Shown here piece by piece: positions 39,744-51,400 of a stretch of DNA of 64,000 bases. Source of the stretch: Nibricoccus sp. (GTDB taxonomy: Bacteria > Verrucomicrobiota > Verrucomicrobiia > Opitutales > Opitutaceae); assembly GCA_047602425.1 (NCBI GenBank), contig JASGHG010000001.1:3584001-3648000 (forward strand). Direction: 5' to 3'. Position 1 is the stretch's first letter. The number at the start of each line of letters is the position of its first letter. The translations under genes were made by a program, and so were the position numbers. The notes under the pieces were generated by a model that saw only the letters and a program-made list of their open reading frames with translations, ran no database searches and was not told where the DNA came from.

Positions 39744-40526
39744 ATGGAAGTCATTTTTCTCGGCACTGGTACTTCGCAGGGCGTTCCGTTGATCGCGTGC
39801 GATTGCGTTGTCTGCAGGTCTACCGATCCTCGTAATAAACGCACCCGCGCCAGCATCCACGTCGTGATGGATGGGTTGCATATTCAGGTTGATGCGGCGC
39901 CGGAATTCCGGCTCCAGTGTATCCAGAATTCTGTGACGTGGGTCGATTTGTTTATCCTGACGCACGGGCACGCGGACCACGTGGCGGGCATGGACGACCT
40001 GCGGCGATTTTGCGATCTGCTGGGCGGAAATGCGCTTCCAGTGTACTCCACGGAGGAGGGGCTTGGGCGCGTGCACGCCATGTATCCTTACGCGATCATG
40101 GAGCGACCGGTGGTCAAAGGTTATCCCGCATTCAAACTAAAACCCATGCCCGCGAAACTGGAACTGGCGCAGGGGACCGTCGAATCGACGTTGCTGCCGC
40201 ATGGTGGCGTGAATACTCTGGGCCTGGCCTTCACCGAACGCAGCAGCGGAAAAAAGTTCGTGTATTACACCGATTGCAAAAACGTCCCGAGCGAAGCGAC
40301 TGCTCTCGCCAAAGGTGCGGAAGTCGTGGTCCTCGACGGCCTGAGATATGAAGCGCACCCATCGCATCTCAGCGTCAGCGAGGCAGTCAATACGGCCCGA
40401 CAAATCGCTGCTCCTCAAACCTACCTGACGCATATGACGCACTTTTTAGATCACGAAAAAGATGGGGCGAAGCTTCCGTCGAAAATCGCTTTTGCGTACG
40501 ATGGTTTGCGCATAAATCTGAGGTAA
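39744..40526 (+). CDS. PhnP-like metallo-beta-lactamase-fold hydrolase
   Basis: FLGTGTSQGVP..CDCVVC, THGHADH, YYTD, THMTH. Confidence 0.9.
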   Translation: MEVIFLGTGTSQGVPLIACDCVVCRSTDPRNKRTRASIHVVMDGLHIQVDAAPEFRLQCIQNSVTWVDLFILTHGHADHVAGMDDLRRFCDLLGGNALPVYSTEEGLGRVHAMYPYAIMERPVVKGYPAFKLKPMPAKLELAQGTVESTLLPHGGVNTLGLAFTERSSGKKFVYYTDCKNVPSEATALAKGAEVVVLDGLRYEAHPSHLSVSEAVNTARQIAAPQTYLTHMTHFLDHEKDGAKLPSKIAFAYDGLRINLR

Positions 40527-40693
40527 CAAGCGCCGCCGTATCCTTGTTAAGTTACACTAAGAAAGGGAGTAATGTTCCTTTCTTAAGTTCGGGTAAAGGA
40601 GGCGGATGGAAAAAATAAAAATAGGGCTTGCGCTTTGTTTTACGGATATTCTTATAAAAACAACTAAGTATAGTAAACAAATAGGAATAAGCC

Positions 40694-40897
40694 ATGGCCG
40701 CCAATCTTCTCCCAAATGCATCTGAAGCCACTACCCCCGAATGGCTGCAACTCGTCCGCGGCAAAGTTGAAAGCCTCCGTTACGGGGTGGTCCAGATTGT
40801 CGTCCACGACAACCAAGTGACTCAGATCGAGCGTACGGAAAAGACGCGCTTCGATTCCGCAAAGCACGAACTGCTCCGTCCTCACACGAGCATCTGA
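40694..40897 (+). CDS. YezD/DUF2292 small protein
   Basis: LRYGVVQIVVHDNQVTQIERTEKTR; first gene of the sulfate operon. Confidence 0.85.
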   Translation: MAANLLPNASEATTPEWLQLVRGKVESLRYGVVQIVVHDNQVTQIERTEKTRFDSAKHELLRPHTSI

Positions 40898-40975
40898 AAA
40901 TTTTGCCTACCGATTCGAATCGGAGGTCGCCACGAACCGAACCAGTCAACTGGACCACAGCTCACTACCATATAC

Positions 40976-42400
40976 ATGACCTCTCTTCTCAGATCCAAAA
41001 CTCGTTCTGTGCTGGCCTTGGCTTTGCTTGCGACGGGATTCACTGTTGTTCGGGCCGACCAACGCGACGAAGAAATCCAGACGCTGCGCGAACAAATTCG
41101 CCAGCTCGACCAAAAGCTCCGCGTCATCGAACGCAAGCAGGAGCTCAAAGACGAAGACTCCGCGGCGAAAGCCAAGACGACCGCTTCCGTGACCGCTGGT
41201 GCGGGCGGCTTTGCCATCACTTCGGCCGACAAGTCCTTTGATCTCAAATTGAAGGCACTCGCGCAGTTCGATGCCCGTTTCTTCCTCGACGACGGCGCGG
41301 CCAATCGCGACGCCTTTCTCCTGCGCCGCACCCGCCTGATCTTTAGTGGCACCGTCGCGGGTATCTACGACTTCAACATCACGCCCGAACTAGGTGGTGG
41401 AACCAACAACACCACGACCGTCGCTCTCTGGGACGCTTTTATTGCCGCTCGATTCAGTCCCTACCTCGGCCTGCGCGCGGGTAAATTCCCCTCGGCCGTA
41501 GGACTTGAGCCTGGCTCGAATCGTCACTTCATCGAATCGCCATTCCCGAATACGCTTTTGCCGAACCGCGATCTTGGTGTCGAAGTCTTCGGCGCGGCCG
41601 GCGGCGGTTTGGTCGAGTACCGTCTCGGCGTTTTTAACGGCGTGGCCAACAACACGACCAACTTCGGCGGTGCTTCCGCTGATTATGCCGACGGCGACAA
41701 AACCCTCGCGGGTCGCCTGACCGTCGCGCCTTTCAAATCCGTCGACGGTGTGATTTCAAAACTCTCCTTCGGTCTCGGCGCCAGCCGCGGCAACGAAAAA
41801 GGTGTGGCCGGCACGAATCTCTCGAACGGTCTCTCGAACATCACGAGCAACTCGCAACAGGCCATCTTTAGTTATGGAGCCACGCTCTACGCGAACGGCA
41901 CGCACACCCGCATCAGCCCGAGCGTCGAATGGTATACGGGCACGCCTTTCAGTTTCGTCGCCGAGTACGCGCTCGAAAAGCAAGACATCGCCGTTAATGC
42001 CGCCGGACTTACGCGATCCTTCAAGAACTCCGCTTGGCGTGCCAACGTCGGCTGGGTTCTCACGGGAGAAGAAGGCGCGAAAGCGGGTGTTACTCCTAAG
42101 AACGCGTTCGGCAAGGATGGTTGGGGCGCCTTCGAACTCGTGGCTCGCGTGAGCGGCCTCGAACTCGACAACAAGCTCTTCCATGCCGTTTCGGATGACG
42201 GTGCCGGCCTCAGCCGCGTGACCAATGCCACGGGTGCCATCGCCTACGGCGTCGGCCTCAACTGGTACCTCAACCGCAACTTCCGTTTCCTCGTGAACGC
42301 GGAACAGACCAAATTCGACGACGCCAAAACTCCGACCGCGCAGCCTGGCGCGCAGGACGACGAACTCGCGATCATCACCCGCCTCCACCTCAGCTTCTGA
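40976..42400 (+). CDS. OprO/OprP-family anion-selective porin
   Basis: Signal peptide, coiled coil, LRRTR, RDLG, GLNWYLN, terminal Phe. Confidence 0.85.
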   Translation: MTSLLRSKTRSVLALALLATGFTVVRADQRDEEIQTLREQIRQLDQKLRVIERKQELKDEDSAAKAKTTASVTAGAGGFAITSADKSFDLKLKALAQFDARFFLDDGAANRDAFLLRRTRLIFSGTVAGIYDFNITPELGGGTNNTTTVALWDAFIAARFSPYLGLRAGKFPSAVGLEPGSNRHFIESPFPNTLLPNRDLGVEVFGAAGGGLVEYRLGVFNGVANNTTNFGGASADYADGDKTLAGRLTVAPFKSVDGVISKLSFGLGASRGNEKGVAGTNLSNGLSNITSNSQQAIFSYGATLYANGTHTRISPSVEWYTGTPFSFVAEYALEKQDIAVNAAGLTRSFKNSAWRANVGWVLTGEEGAKAGVTPKNAFGKDGWGAFELVARVSGLELDNKLFHAVSDDGAGLSRVTNATGAIAYGVGLNWYLNRNFRFLVNAEQTKFDDAKTPTAQPGAQDDELAIITRLHLSF

Positions 42401-42434
42401 GCCGAACAACCTAAACACTCTAAACATTTTCGTC

Positions 42435-43424
42435 ATGAAATTTTTCACCGCAATTCTGGCCGTCGTTGCGCTCGCCGCACCGGCTTTCGCGAAAGACATC
42501 GAGCTCCTCAACGTTTCCTACGATCCGACGCGCGAGTTTTACGTCGAATACAACGCCGCTTTTTCAAAATACTGGAAGGCGAAGACCGGCGACAACGTCA
42601 CTATCAAGCAATCGCACGGTGGTTCGGGTAAACAGGCCCGTTCCATCATCGACGGTTTGCCCGCCGACGTTGCAACGCTCGCTCTCGCCGGCGACATCGA
42701 CGCTCTTCATATCAACGGCAAACTCATCCCGGCCGATTGGGTGAACCGCTTGCCGAAAAACTCTGCTCCGTACACGAGCACGATCGTGTTTCTTGTGCGC
42801 GCGGGAAATCCCTTCAAGGTCAAGGATTGGGACGATCTCGTGAAGCCGGGAATCTCCGTCATTACGCCGAACCCAAAAACCTCGGGCGGCGCGCAATGGA
42901 ACTACCTCGCCGCCTGGGAATTCGCCCGCCGCAAATACGGTAGCGACGACGCCGCGAAGGACTTCGTGCGCAAGCTCTACAAAAACGTTCCCGTGCTCGA
43001 TTCGGGCGCCCGTGGTTCAACCACAACCTTCGTGCAGCGCGGCGTGGGCGACGTGTTTATCTCGTGGGAAAACGAGGCTTTTCTCGCGCTCAAGGAATTT
43101 GGCTCCGACAAATTCGAGATCGTCGTGCCTTCGCTCAGCATTCTTGCCCAGCCGAGCGTCACGGTGGTCGACAAGGTCGTGAAAAAGAAAGGCACCGCCG
43201 AAGTCGCCAAAGCCTACCTCGATTATCTTTATTCGGACGAGGCGCAGGAAATCGCCGGCAAGAATTTCTATCGCCCGACGTCCGAGGCTGCCGCGGCTAA
43301 ATACGCGGACAAGTTCCCGAAGGTCGAACTGTTCACTATCGACGAAGCGTTTGGCGGCTGGACCAAGGCCAAGAAAACGCACTTCGCCGACGACGGCACG
43401 TTCGATCAAATCTACGCGAAATAA
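42435..43424 (+). CDS. sbp: Sulfate ABC transporter binding protein
   Basis: [35 protein letters not shown]. Confidence 0.96.
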   Translation: MKFFTAILAVVALAAPAFAKDIELLNVSYDPTREFYVEYNAAFSKYWKAKTGDNVTIKQSHGGSGKQARSIIDGLPADVATLALAGDIDALHINGKLIPADWVNRLPKNSAPYTSTIVFLVRAGNPFKVKDWDDLVKPGISVITPNPKTSGGAQWNYLAAWEFARRKYGSDDAAKDFVRKLYKNVPVLDSGARGSTTTFVQRGVGDVFISWENEAFLALKEFGSDKFEIVVPSLSILAQPSVTVVDKVVKKKGTAEVAKAYLDYLYSDEAQEIAGKNFYRPTSEAAAAKYADKFPKVELFTIDEAFGGWTKAKKTHFADDGTFDQIYAK

Positions 43425-43462
43425 CTCGCCCGATCCCATCGATGCCATCTTCATCCGCCACC

Positions 43463-44245
43463 ATGCCTGCGCATGATCTTAACCAACTGCTCGCCCGGCT
43501 CGATTCGCTGGCCGGACAGGGTGGGGCATTGCTGCGCAGCAAAAGCACGGGTGAATTTGTCGTCGATGGACGCCGCTACGAGATTCCGCGCTACGTTTTT
43601 TCCGGTCCGCTCGAAGGTCAGTCGCCAATCCGGCTCGGTATTTTTGCCGGGCTGCACGGCGACGAACCCTCGGGCCCGGAGGCGCTCGTGATTTTCCTCA
43701 CGGAGTTGTTGCGCGATCCGTCGCGGGCGCATGGATACGAGCTTTATATTTATCCGGTGACCAATCCCACCGGCTATGAGGACGGCACGCGAAACAATCG
43801 CGCGGGCAAAGATCTCAATCGCGAATTTTGGCGCGAATCTGCCGAACCCGAAGTGCGCATGCTCGAAGCCGAACTCGAGACTAACCGGTTTTACGGCATC
43901 ATTTCGCTGCACGCCGATGACACCTGCACCGGCCTTTACGGCTACGCGCACGATCGCTTGCTCAACGAAGCGCTGCTCCGTCCGGCCTTGGTGGCGTCCG
44001 AGAAAATTCTACCGCGCGATCAACGCCCGATGATCGATGGCTGGTCGGCCACCGATGGCGTGATCAAGCAGTGCTTTTGCGGCGTGCTGGCGGCACCGCC
44101 GGATCAACGCCCGCAGCCGTTCGATGTGATTTTCGAAACGCCCGCACTCGAACCGCTCGATGTGCAGGCGCAGGCCGCCGCCGTGGCGCTGCAAACCATC
44201 CTCGATGAATACCGCGGGTTCATCGCCCAAGGCCAGGATTTGTGA
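43463..44245 (+). CDS. M14-clan zinc carboxypeptidase/deacylase-like protein
   Basis: LHGDE, NPTG, DLNR, SLH, IFETP. Confidence 0.82.
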   Translation: MPAHDLNQLLARLDSLAGQGGALLRSKSTGEFVVDGRRYEIPRYVFSGPLEGQSPIRLGIFAGLHGDEPSGPEALVIFLTELLRDPSRAHGYELYIYPVTNPTGYEDGTRNNRAGKDLNREFWRESAEPEVRMLEAELETNRFYGIISLHADDTCTGLYGYAHDRLLNEALLRPALVASEKILPRDQRPMIDGWSATDGVIKQCFCGVLAAPPDQRPQPFDVIFETPALEPLDVQAQAAAVALQTILDEYRGFIAQGQDL

Positions 44246-45078
44246 TGTCGCTTCTCAGCAAACAACGTTCCGCCATCCCCGGCTTTAACCTTTCGCTAGG
44301 TTACACGGTTTTCTATCTCGGGCTCATCGTGCTCGTGCCACTCTCCGCGGCCTTTCTGAAAACCGCCGGCATGTCCTGGGAAGCCTTCGTGCAGGCAATC
44401 GCCTCGCCGCGCGTCATGGCGGCCTACAAAATTACCTTTGGCGCCTCGTTCGTCGCGGCCTTGGTCAACATGGTTTTCGGCCTGCTGCTCGCCTGGGTGC
44501 TGGTGCGTTATCCTTTTCCCGGTAGGAAAGTGATCGACGCGCTGGTCGATCTGCCTTTCGCGCTGCCGACGGCCGTTGCGGGCATCGCGCTCACGGCGAT
44601 CTATTCGAAAAACGGCTGGATCGGCCAATACCTCGAACCGCTTGGCATCAAGGCGGCATTTTCGGAACTCGGCGTCCTGATTGCGCTGACTTTTATCGGA
44701 CTGCCCTTCGTGGTGCGCACACTTCAGCCGGTGATCGAGGAACTCGAGCCTGAACTCGAAGAAGCTTCCACGACCCTCGGCGCGAGCCGCTGGCAGACGA
44801 TCACGCGTGTGATTTTTCCCGAACTGGTGCCACCGTTGTTGACGGGTTTTGCGCTCTCGTTTGCCCGTGCGCTTGGAGAGTATGGATCGGTTGTGTTCAT
44901 TTCGGGCAACATGCCGATGCGCACCGAAATCGTGCCGCTGCTCATCATCACCAAGCTGGAGCAATACGACTACCGCGGCGCCACGGCAATCGCGGTCGTC
45001 ATGCTGGTCGCTTCGTTTGTCCTGCTGCTCGTCATCAACCTGCTCCAGAAGTGGAGCCGTCGTTACCACAAGATCTGA
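44245..45078 (+). CDS. cysT: Sulfate ABC permease CysT
   Basis: [27 protein letters not shown]. Confidence 0.95.
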   Translation: MSLLSKQRSAIPGFNLSLGYTVFYLGLIVLVPLSAAFLKTAGMSWEAFVQAIASPRVMAAYKITFGASFVAALVNMVFGLLLAWVLVRYPFPGRKVIDALVDLPFALPTAVAGIALTAIYSKNGWIGQYLEPLGIKAAFSELGVLIALTFIGLPFVVRTLQPVIEELEPELEEASTTLGASRWQTITRVIFPELVPPLLTGFALSFARALGEYGSVVFISGNMPMRTEIVPLLIITKLEQYDYRGATAIAVVMLVASFVLLLVINLLQKWSRRYHKI

Positions 45079-45081
45079 GCC

Positions 45082-46008
45082 ATGGCCTCCGCAACTATTT
45101 CCAATCTCCAGCGCCATCGTCCTCCGGCCACCTCGCAGCCGAAGGTCACGCAGGACCCCGCATGGGTGCGCTGGCTGCTTACGACGATTGCGTTGTTGTT
45201 TGTCGGGTTCTTCCTGGTTTTTCCGCTCGGTGCGGTTTTCGCGGAGGCCTTTCGCCGCGGTATAAAAGCCTATTTCGCGGCCTTCGCGGATTCCGACGCG
45301 CTCGCGTCCATCCGGCTCACGCTAATCGCGGCGGCGATTTCGGTGCCGGCCAATCTGGTTTTTGGCGTAATCGCGGCTTGGGCGATCACGAAATTCGAGT
45401 TTCGCGGGAAAAGCCTGCTCATCACGCTGATCGATCTGCCATTCGCGGTTTCGCCGGTGATCTCGGGTCTGATCTACGTATTGGTGTTTGGGCTTCAGGG
45501 GTGGTTAGGCCAGTACCTTGCCGCCGAAAATCCGACCTTCCCGTGGTTGCAGCAGTGGCTCATTTCGCTGGATCTGAAAATCATCTTCGCGGTGCCGGGC
45601 ATTGTGTTGGCGACGACCTTTGTGACCTTCCCATTTGTGGCGCGCGAAATCATCCCGCTCATGCAGGCGCAGGGCACCGACGAGGAACTCGCGGCGATCA
45701 CCCTCGGTGCGAGCGGCTGGCAGACGTTTTGGCGGGTGACGCTGCCGAACATCAAGTGGGGACTCTTCTACGGCGTCATTTTGTGCAATGCCCGCGCGAT
45801 GGGCGAATTCGGCGCGGTGTCCGTGGTGAGCGGCCACATCCGCGGCGAGACCAACACGCTTCCGCTGCACGTCGAGATTCTCTACAACGAGTACAATTTT
45901 GTCGGCGCCTTCGCTGTGGCCTCGCTGCTCGCGGTGCTGGCGATCGTTACCCTGGTTTTGAAAAGTTTCATCGAATGGAAATTCCAGCAAGGACGCGCCG
46001 AGGCGTAA
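45082..46008 (+). CDS. cysW: Sulfate ABC permease CysW
   Basis: [30 protein letters not shown]. Confidence 0.95.
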   Translation: MASATISNLQRHRPPATSQPKVTQDPAWVRWLLTTIALLFVGFFLVFPLGAVFAEAFRRGIKAYFAAFADSDALASIRLTLIAAAISVPANLVFGVIAAWAITKFEFRGKSLLITLIDLPFAVSPVISGLIYVLVFGLQGWLGQYLAAENPTFPWLQQWLISLDLKIIFAVPGIVLATTFVTFPFVAREIIPLMQAQGTDEELAAITLGASGWQTFWRVTLPNIKWGLFYGVILCNARAMGEFGAVSVVSGHIRGETNTLPLHVEILYNEYNFVGAFAVASLLAVLAIVTLVLKSFIEWKFQQGRAEA

Positions 46009-46018
46009 ACGCACCCCC

Positions 46019-47074
46019 ATGAGTATCATCGCAACAGGCATCACCAAAACCTTCGGCCAGTTCAAGGCCCTCAACGACGTCGATCTTGTCGTGCCGAGCG
46101 GCAAGCTCGTCGCTTTGCTGGGGCCATCTGGTTCGGGCAAGACGACGCTCCTGCGCATCATCGCCGGCCTCGAACACGCCGATGAAGGCAGCGGCAAAAT
46201 CGAGTTTCACGGCGAGGATGTGAGCCGCGTCTCCGCGGGTAAGCGCGGCGTCGGTTTCGTGTTTCAACATTACGCCTTGTTCAAGCATATGACGGTGTTC
46301 GAAAACATCGCCTTTGGTTTGCGCGTGCGTCCGCGTGCCGAGCGTCCGCCGGAGAAAAAAATTTCCGACCGTGTGCATGAGTTGCTCAAGCTCGTGCAAC
46401 TCGATGGACTTGACCGGCGCTTCCCGAGCCAGCTCTCCGGCGGACAACGTCAACGCGTCGCCCTGGCCCGTGCCCTCGCGGTGGAGCCGAAGGTGTTGCT
46501 GCTCGACGAGCCATTCGGCGCGCTCGATGCCAAAGTCCGCAAAGACCTGCGTCGCTGGCTGCGCCAGTTTCATGAGGAAATTCATCTCACCACGCTCTTC
46601 GTCACCCACGATCAAGAGGAGGCGCTGGAGATCGCCGACGAGGTCGTCATCATGAACCAGGCCAAGGTCGAACAAGTCGGAACGCCCCAAGAGGTCTACG
46701 ACCGGCCTGTCTCGCCTTTTGTTTACCAATTCCTCGGCAACGTGAACGTGCTGCGCGACACCGCATCGTGGGGCACGACCGGGCCGATTCACGACAACGG
46801 TCGTCTCGCTGCCGACGGTCTGCTCTATGTGCGCCCGCACGACATCCAGGTGATGTCGCACGATTCCGGCGCGGCCGGCGTGCCGGCGGTCTTCCGCCAC
46901 GTCCATACTGCGGGCTCGCAGATGCTGCTCACGCTGGAGCTTGCGAACACGCGCGAGACGGTGGAGGCGGAAATTTCCCGAACCGAACTTGCCGAATTGA
47001 ACATTAAGCTTAACGATTTGGTGCTGTTGCGCTTGAGGCCGACCCACACGTTCCAGCACGACTACGCGATTTAA
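46019..47074 (+). CDS. cysA: Sulfate ABC ATPase CysA
   Basis: [27 protein letters not shown]-like C-terminus. Confidence 0.95.
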   Translation: MSIIATGITKTFGQFKALNDVDLVVPSGKLVALLGPSGSGKTTLLRIIAGLEHADEGSGKIEFHGEDVSRVSAGKRGVGFVFQHYALFKHMTVFENIAFGLRVRPRAERPPEKKISDRVHELLKLVQLDGLDRRFPSQLSGGQRQRVALARALAVEPKVLLLDEPFGALDAKVRKDLRRWLRQFHEEIHLTTLFVTHDQEEALEIADEVVIMNQAKVEQVGTPQEVYDRPVSPFVYQFLGNVNVLRDTASWGTTGPIHDNGRLAADGLLYVRPHDIQVMSHDSGAAGVPAVFRHVHTAGSQMLLTLELANTRETVEAEISRTELAELNIKLNDLVLLRLRPTHTFQHDYAI

Positions 47075-47109
47075 CCCCCAAAAGAAATCTCAACCAACCC
47101 AACGTCACC

Positions 47110-48093
47110 ATGGCTAAAATATATAACGACATCACAGATACAATCGGCAACACGCCGCTTGTACGCCTCAATCGCACCGCCGCCCAACACAACGCCCAGG
47201 CCGAAGTGCTCCTCAAGCTGGAGTTCTTCAACCCGCTTTCCAGCGTGAAAGACCGCATTGGTTACGCGATGATCGACGACGCACTCAAGTCGGGCAAAAT
47301 CACCAAGGATACCGTTCTCATCGAGCCGACTTCGGGCAACACCGGCATCGCGCTCGCGTTTGTCGCCGCCGCCAAGGGTCTCAAGCTCATCCTGACCATG
47401 CCTGAGACGATGTCGATCGAGCGCCGCAAGCTCCTCAAGATTCTCGGCGCGAAACTCGTCTTGACCGAAGGACCGAAGGGCATGAAGGGCGCCATCGCCA
47501 AGGCCGAGGAACTGCAAAAGCAGATTCCAAACAGCGTCGTCCTCCAACAATTTGCCAACCCAGCCAATCCCGCCATTCACCGCAAGACCACGGCGGAGGA
47601 AATCTGGAAAGATACGGACGGCAAGGTCGACATCGTCGTCTCTGGCGTCGGCACGGGCGGTACCATCACCGGCGTCGGTGAAGTCCTGAAGACCCGCAAA
47701 CCCGGCGTGAAAATCGTCGCGGTCGAGCCCGATGCTTCGCCCGTCCTTTCGGGTGGCGCACCTGGTCCGCACAAGCTGCAAGGCATCGGTGCCGGCTTTG
47801 TTCCCCCGGTTCTCAACACGAAGGTGATCGACGAGGTCATCCGCGTGAAGGAAGCCGATTCAGGTCCTATCTCCAAACAGGTCAACACGCTCGACGGCAT
47901 TCCGATCGGCATCTCCAGCGGCGCCGCCGTTTGGGCCGCTCTGCAACTCGCCCAGCGTCCGGAAAACAAGGGCAAGCAGATCGTCGCCATCATCCCGTCG
48001 AGCAGCGAACGCTACCTCTCGACCTGGCTCTTTGCCGATCTCAACACCGAAAGCGATTCAATCGAAAACCTGATTGCAGTGCCGACGGCCTGA
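47110..48093 (+). CDS. cysK: Cysteine synthase A
   Basis: SVKDRI (PLP lysine), PTSGNTG, GTGGT, GISSGA, ERYLST. Confidence 0.97.
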   Translation: MAKIYNDITDTIGNTPLVRLNRTAAQHNAQAEVLLKLEFFNPLSSVKDRIGYAMIDDALKSGKITKDTVLIEPTSGNTGIALAFVAAAKGLKLILTMPETMSIERRKLLKILGAKLVLTEGPKGMKGAIAKAEELQKQIPNSVVLQQFANPANPAIHRKTTAEEIWKDTDGKVDIVVSGVGTGGTITGVGEVLKTRKPGVKIVAVEPDASPVLSGGAPGPHKLQGIGAGFVPPVLNTKVIDEVIRVKEADSGPISKQVNTLDGIPIGISSGAAVWAALQLAQRPENKGKQIVAIIPSSSERYLSTWLFADLNTESDSIENLIAVPTA

Positions 48094-48123
48094 GCCGGGA
48101 TTTCCAATTTCATTTCAACCGCA

Positions 48124-48158
48124 CGCGCGGTCCTCACCGAGGGCCGCGCGTTTTTTTT
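48124..48158 (+). terminator. Rho-independent terminator after cysK
   Basis: CGCGCGGTCCTC-acc-GAGGGCCGCGCG plus T-tract. Confidence 0.85.
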
Positions 48159-48428
48159 GCATCTTCGTCACCGCGCACCGGAGAGGAAAGTGGGTTTTTT
48201 GGTCAAGTAAGCACTGCCAAATAACAACTTATACGACGACTGCCGCTTGAAAGAGTGGAGGAGATGGTCGGCTTTCGCAAAAGGGTTTCGCGCAGCAGAT
48301 GAAGGTAAGTGCTGTTTTTCGACAGTAGTATTGCGTGCAGCGATATTTGCCTTGGGTCTACACACGAAGCGTCGATAATACACTGAGTTCGATTCCAGCT
48401 TCACACCCCAGCTATTGTTGTCGGAAAA

Positions 48429-51400
48429 ATGATTCTCCCACGATGGGTTCCTGTGGGGACCCGGTCTTTCTCAAACGCCCGTTTCATTCGCGCGCTTTTT
48501 GTGTGCGTGAGCTTGGCCGTGTTTGGAAAAATCGCGTGTGCCCAAACAGCGGAGGCGGAATTCGCAACTTCCGGCAAGGCCTTCATCACGTCATTCCAAC
48601 AATATTGGGATTTGGCACCGACCGAGAGGGCAAAATCGTTGGATTTTCGGATCGAATGCTTCGTTACCTATTTCGATCCCGAGTGGAAAATCCTGTTCAT
48701 GCAGGATATGCGGGGGGAGCCCGCTTACGTTCTTTATGGTGCCAATCCATTTCCCTTCCATTTTGGCCAGCGCGTTGTTGCGTCGGGAAAATTACCGCCG
48801 TCCAAGGGCGATATTTCCTTCGAAAATGCGGTGATCGTGGAGCAGGGCCGCAGCCTCCCGGATGCTCTCCCGATTGGCGGCAAATTGGAGGACGTTCAAA
48901 AATGGGGCGGCAGGTATGTAACTGCGGAAGGTTTTGTCGAGAGTGCGCGGAGAATCCCGCCCGGGCACGTCCAGATTACGCTGGTGATTGAAGGCGTCCC
49001 CATCACGGTTTGGCTCCTTTTCGATCCGACCGTCCCGGTGCCAAATATCAACGATGCCACCGTGAGAGTTTCGGGCGTATTCAATCCGAAGCCCAGCCAG
49101 GACGGCAAGCCGCCTTCATTCGAGATCATGCTGTCCGGCGTGGATCAGCTGACCGTGCTTCATGAATTGAAGGACGACCCACGGTTTAAAACCGCGGCCG
49201 TGCCGATCCATTCGTTACCGGGAATTTCCCCTGATAAACTGGTTCGTGTCACGGGCCTCGTCAAAGCCCAGGAAGCCGGGCGGTTCGTGCGGATTCGGGA
49301 CGACGCTGGACAAATCGATATTTTGACCGTGCAGAGCCGGACGTTTGCGATCAACGAACAGGTGGAGGCAATCGGGTTCCCCTTGATCGACGGCACGGAA
49401 TGGCGGCTGGCTCGCGGGCTGGTCAGGCCCCTGCAAGGCCCCTCGACCGGCGGGCTGGCGGTCGGGAAGGACAAGTCGGCCACGCTCCGGCTTGCTTCTC
49501 AAGTGCTGGAACTTTCCGCCGAGGAAGCGATGGAAGGCAGGCCGGTTTGGCTCACGGGAGTGGTTACGTGGTCCAACGCCAACGCGCCATTCTTCTTCAT
49601 TCAGGACTCCAGCGGCGGTGTCTGCATCATGCGCGCGAACTCCAACTCCCCCGTACGCTCCGTCGGAAGAAATATGGACGTTCGCGGCGTGACAGGCATG
49701 GGCCGCTTTTCACCGGTGGTTTTGGCCAGCCGGTTTGAAAGAGTGAGCGACGTTGTGTTGCCGGTGGCCCGGCAGATTTCGCTCGAACATGCGCTCACCG
49801 GCGTGGAGGAGGCCCAGTGGGTGGAAATGCGCGGCTATCTGCGGCAGGTGAACAAGCAGGACGGCTGGAACGAACTGGAACTGGCGACGTCAGCCGGAGA
49901 TTTCATCGCCGTGCTTCCGCTTGCGCAGGAGGTGGATCAATTTATTGGTTCGGTGATACGCCTCCACGGTGTTTGCTCGGCCAGCGCCAGCGAACGGCGG
50001 AAACTGACCGGCATCAAGCTCTGGGTTCCCTCTGTCTCCTACGTCCAAGTCGAGGAATCCGCGCCGCAGAATCCTTTCGACGTACCGGTGCGCACGCTCG
50101 CGAGCCTTGGGCAGTACGGCGGCCTGCAATCCTTCAGCCAGCGCGTGCGGGTCTCCGGCGTCGTGCTGCACCAGACGCCCGGGCATTTGGTCTATATTCA
50201 GGACGGCACGGACAGCCTGACGATCTATTCGCGTTCGAATGAAATCCTCAAGCCCGGCGACAAAATCGAGGCCGTGGGTTTTCTTGGCCGGCAGGGTGGG
50301 CGGGTCGATTTGCGCGAGGCGGTTTACCGCAAAGTGGGGGTTGAGAACGAGCCGCTGCCAAAACCTGTTGTTATCGGTAATCAACCGCTCGTTGAGGAAG
50401 ACGGCCGCTTGGTTTCCTTGACCGGCGACTTGATTGACAACTCCGCAACCCACGACCAGGTCCGCCTGACGTTGCAGAAGCAGAACGTGATTTTTGAAGC
50501 TTTCCTGGACGATGCCGGGCCGGACAATGCACTCACCCAGCTCCAAAAAGGCAGCCAGCTCGCACTCGTCGGCGTCTACGAAGTGAGACGCAACGAATAC
50601 GGACAACCCGCCACCTTCGTGCTGCACCTCCGGACGGCAAACGACGTGAAGGTGCTGCAATCTCCCCCGTGGTTGACGCGCCGTTTGATTCTGGGTTTTG
50701 CCGGTACTTTGGGGTTGGGCACGGTGGTTTTTATTGCGTGGGTGACGGCCCTTCGTCGCCGGGTGAAAATCCAGACGGCACAGCTTCGCGAACAAATGCA
50801 GCGCGAGCTCTGGTTGAAGGAGGAATTGCAGCGGGCGAGCAAACTGGATTCCCTGGGGCTGCTGGCGGGCGGCATCGCGCACGATTTTAATAACCTTCTC
50901 ACCGTCATGATGGGCAACATCTCGCTGGCGGGCTATGACGCGAATCTCACGCCGGAAACGGTCGAGTCCTTGCGCTCAGCCGAACAGGCGGCGACGCGTG
51001 CCCGCGATCTCACGCAGCAACTCCTCACTTTCGCCAAGGGCGGCGCTCCTTTACGCGTCGCGGTGTCGCTGCCGGAAGTCGTTCAGGAAGTCACGGAGTT
51101 TGCCCTGCGCGGATCGAATACGCGCTGCGAATTCGACCAACCCGTGGATCTCTGGCCGGCCAATGTCGACAAAGGCCAGATCGCGCAAGTCGTGCAGAAT
51201 ATCGTGATCAATGCATTGCAGGCCATGCCATCGGGCGGCGTGATCAACATTTCGTTGAGCAACGAAATCGTCGGCAGCGAGCTGGCGCAGGTACTGGCGC
51301 CCGGGCGCTATGTGAGGTTGAGCATCGCCGACCACGGTCCGGGAATTGCGCCGGAGAATCTGCCGAGAATTTTCGATCCGTACTTCACGACGAAAAAACA

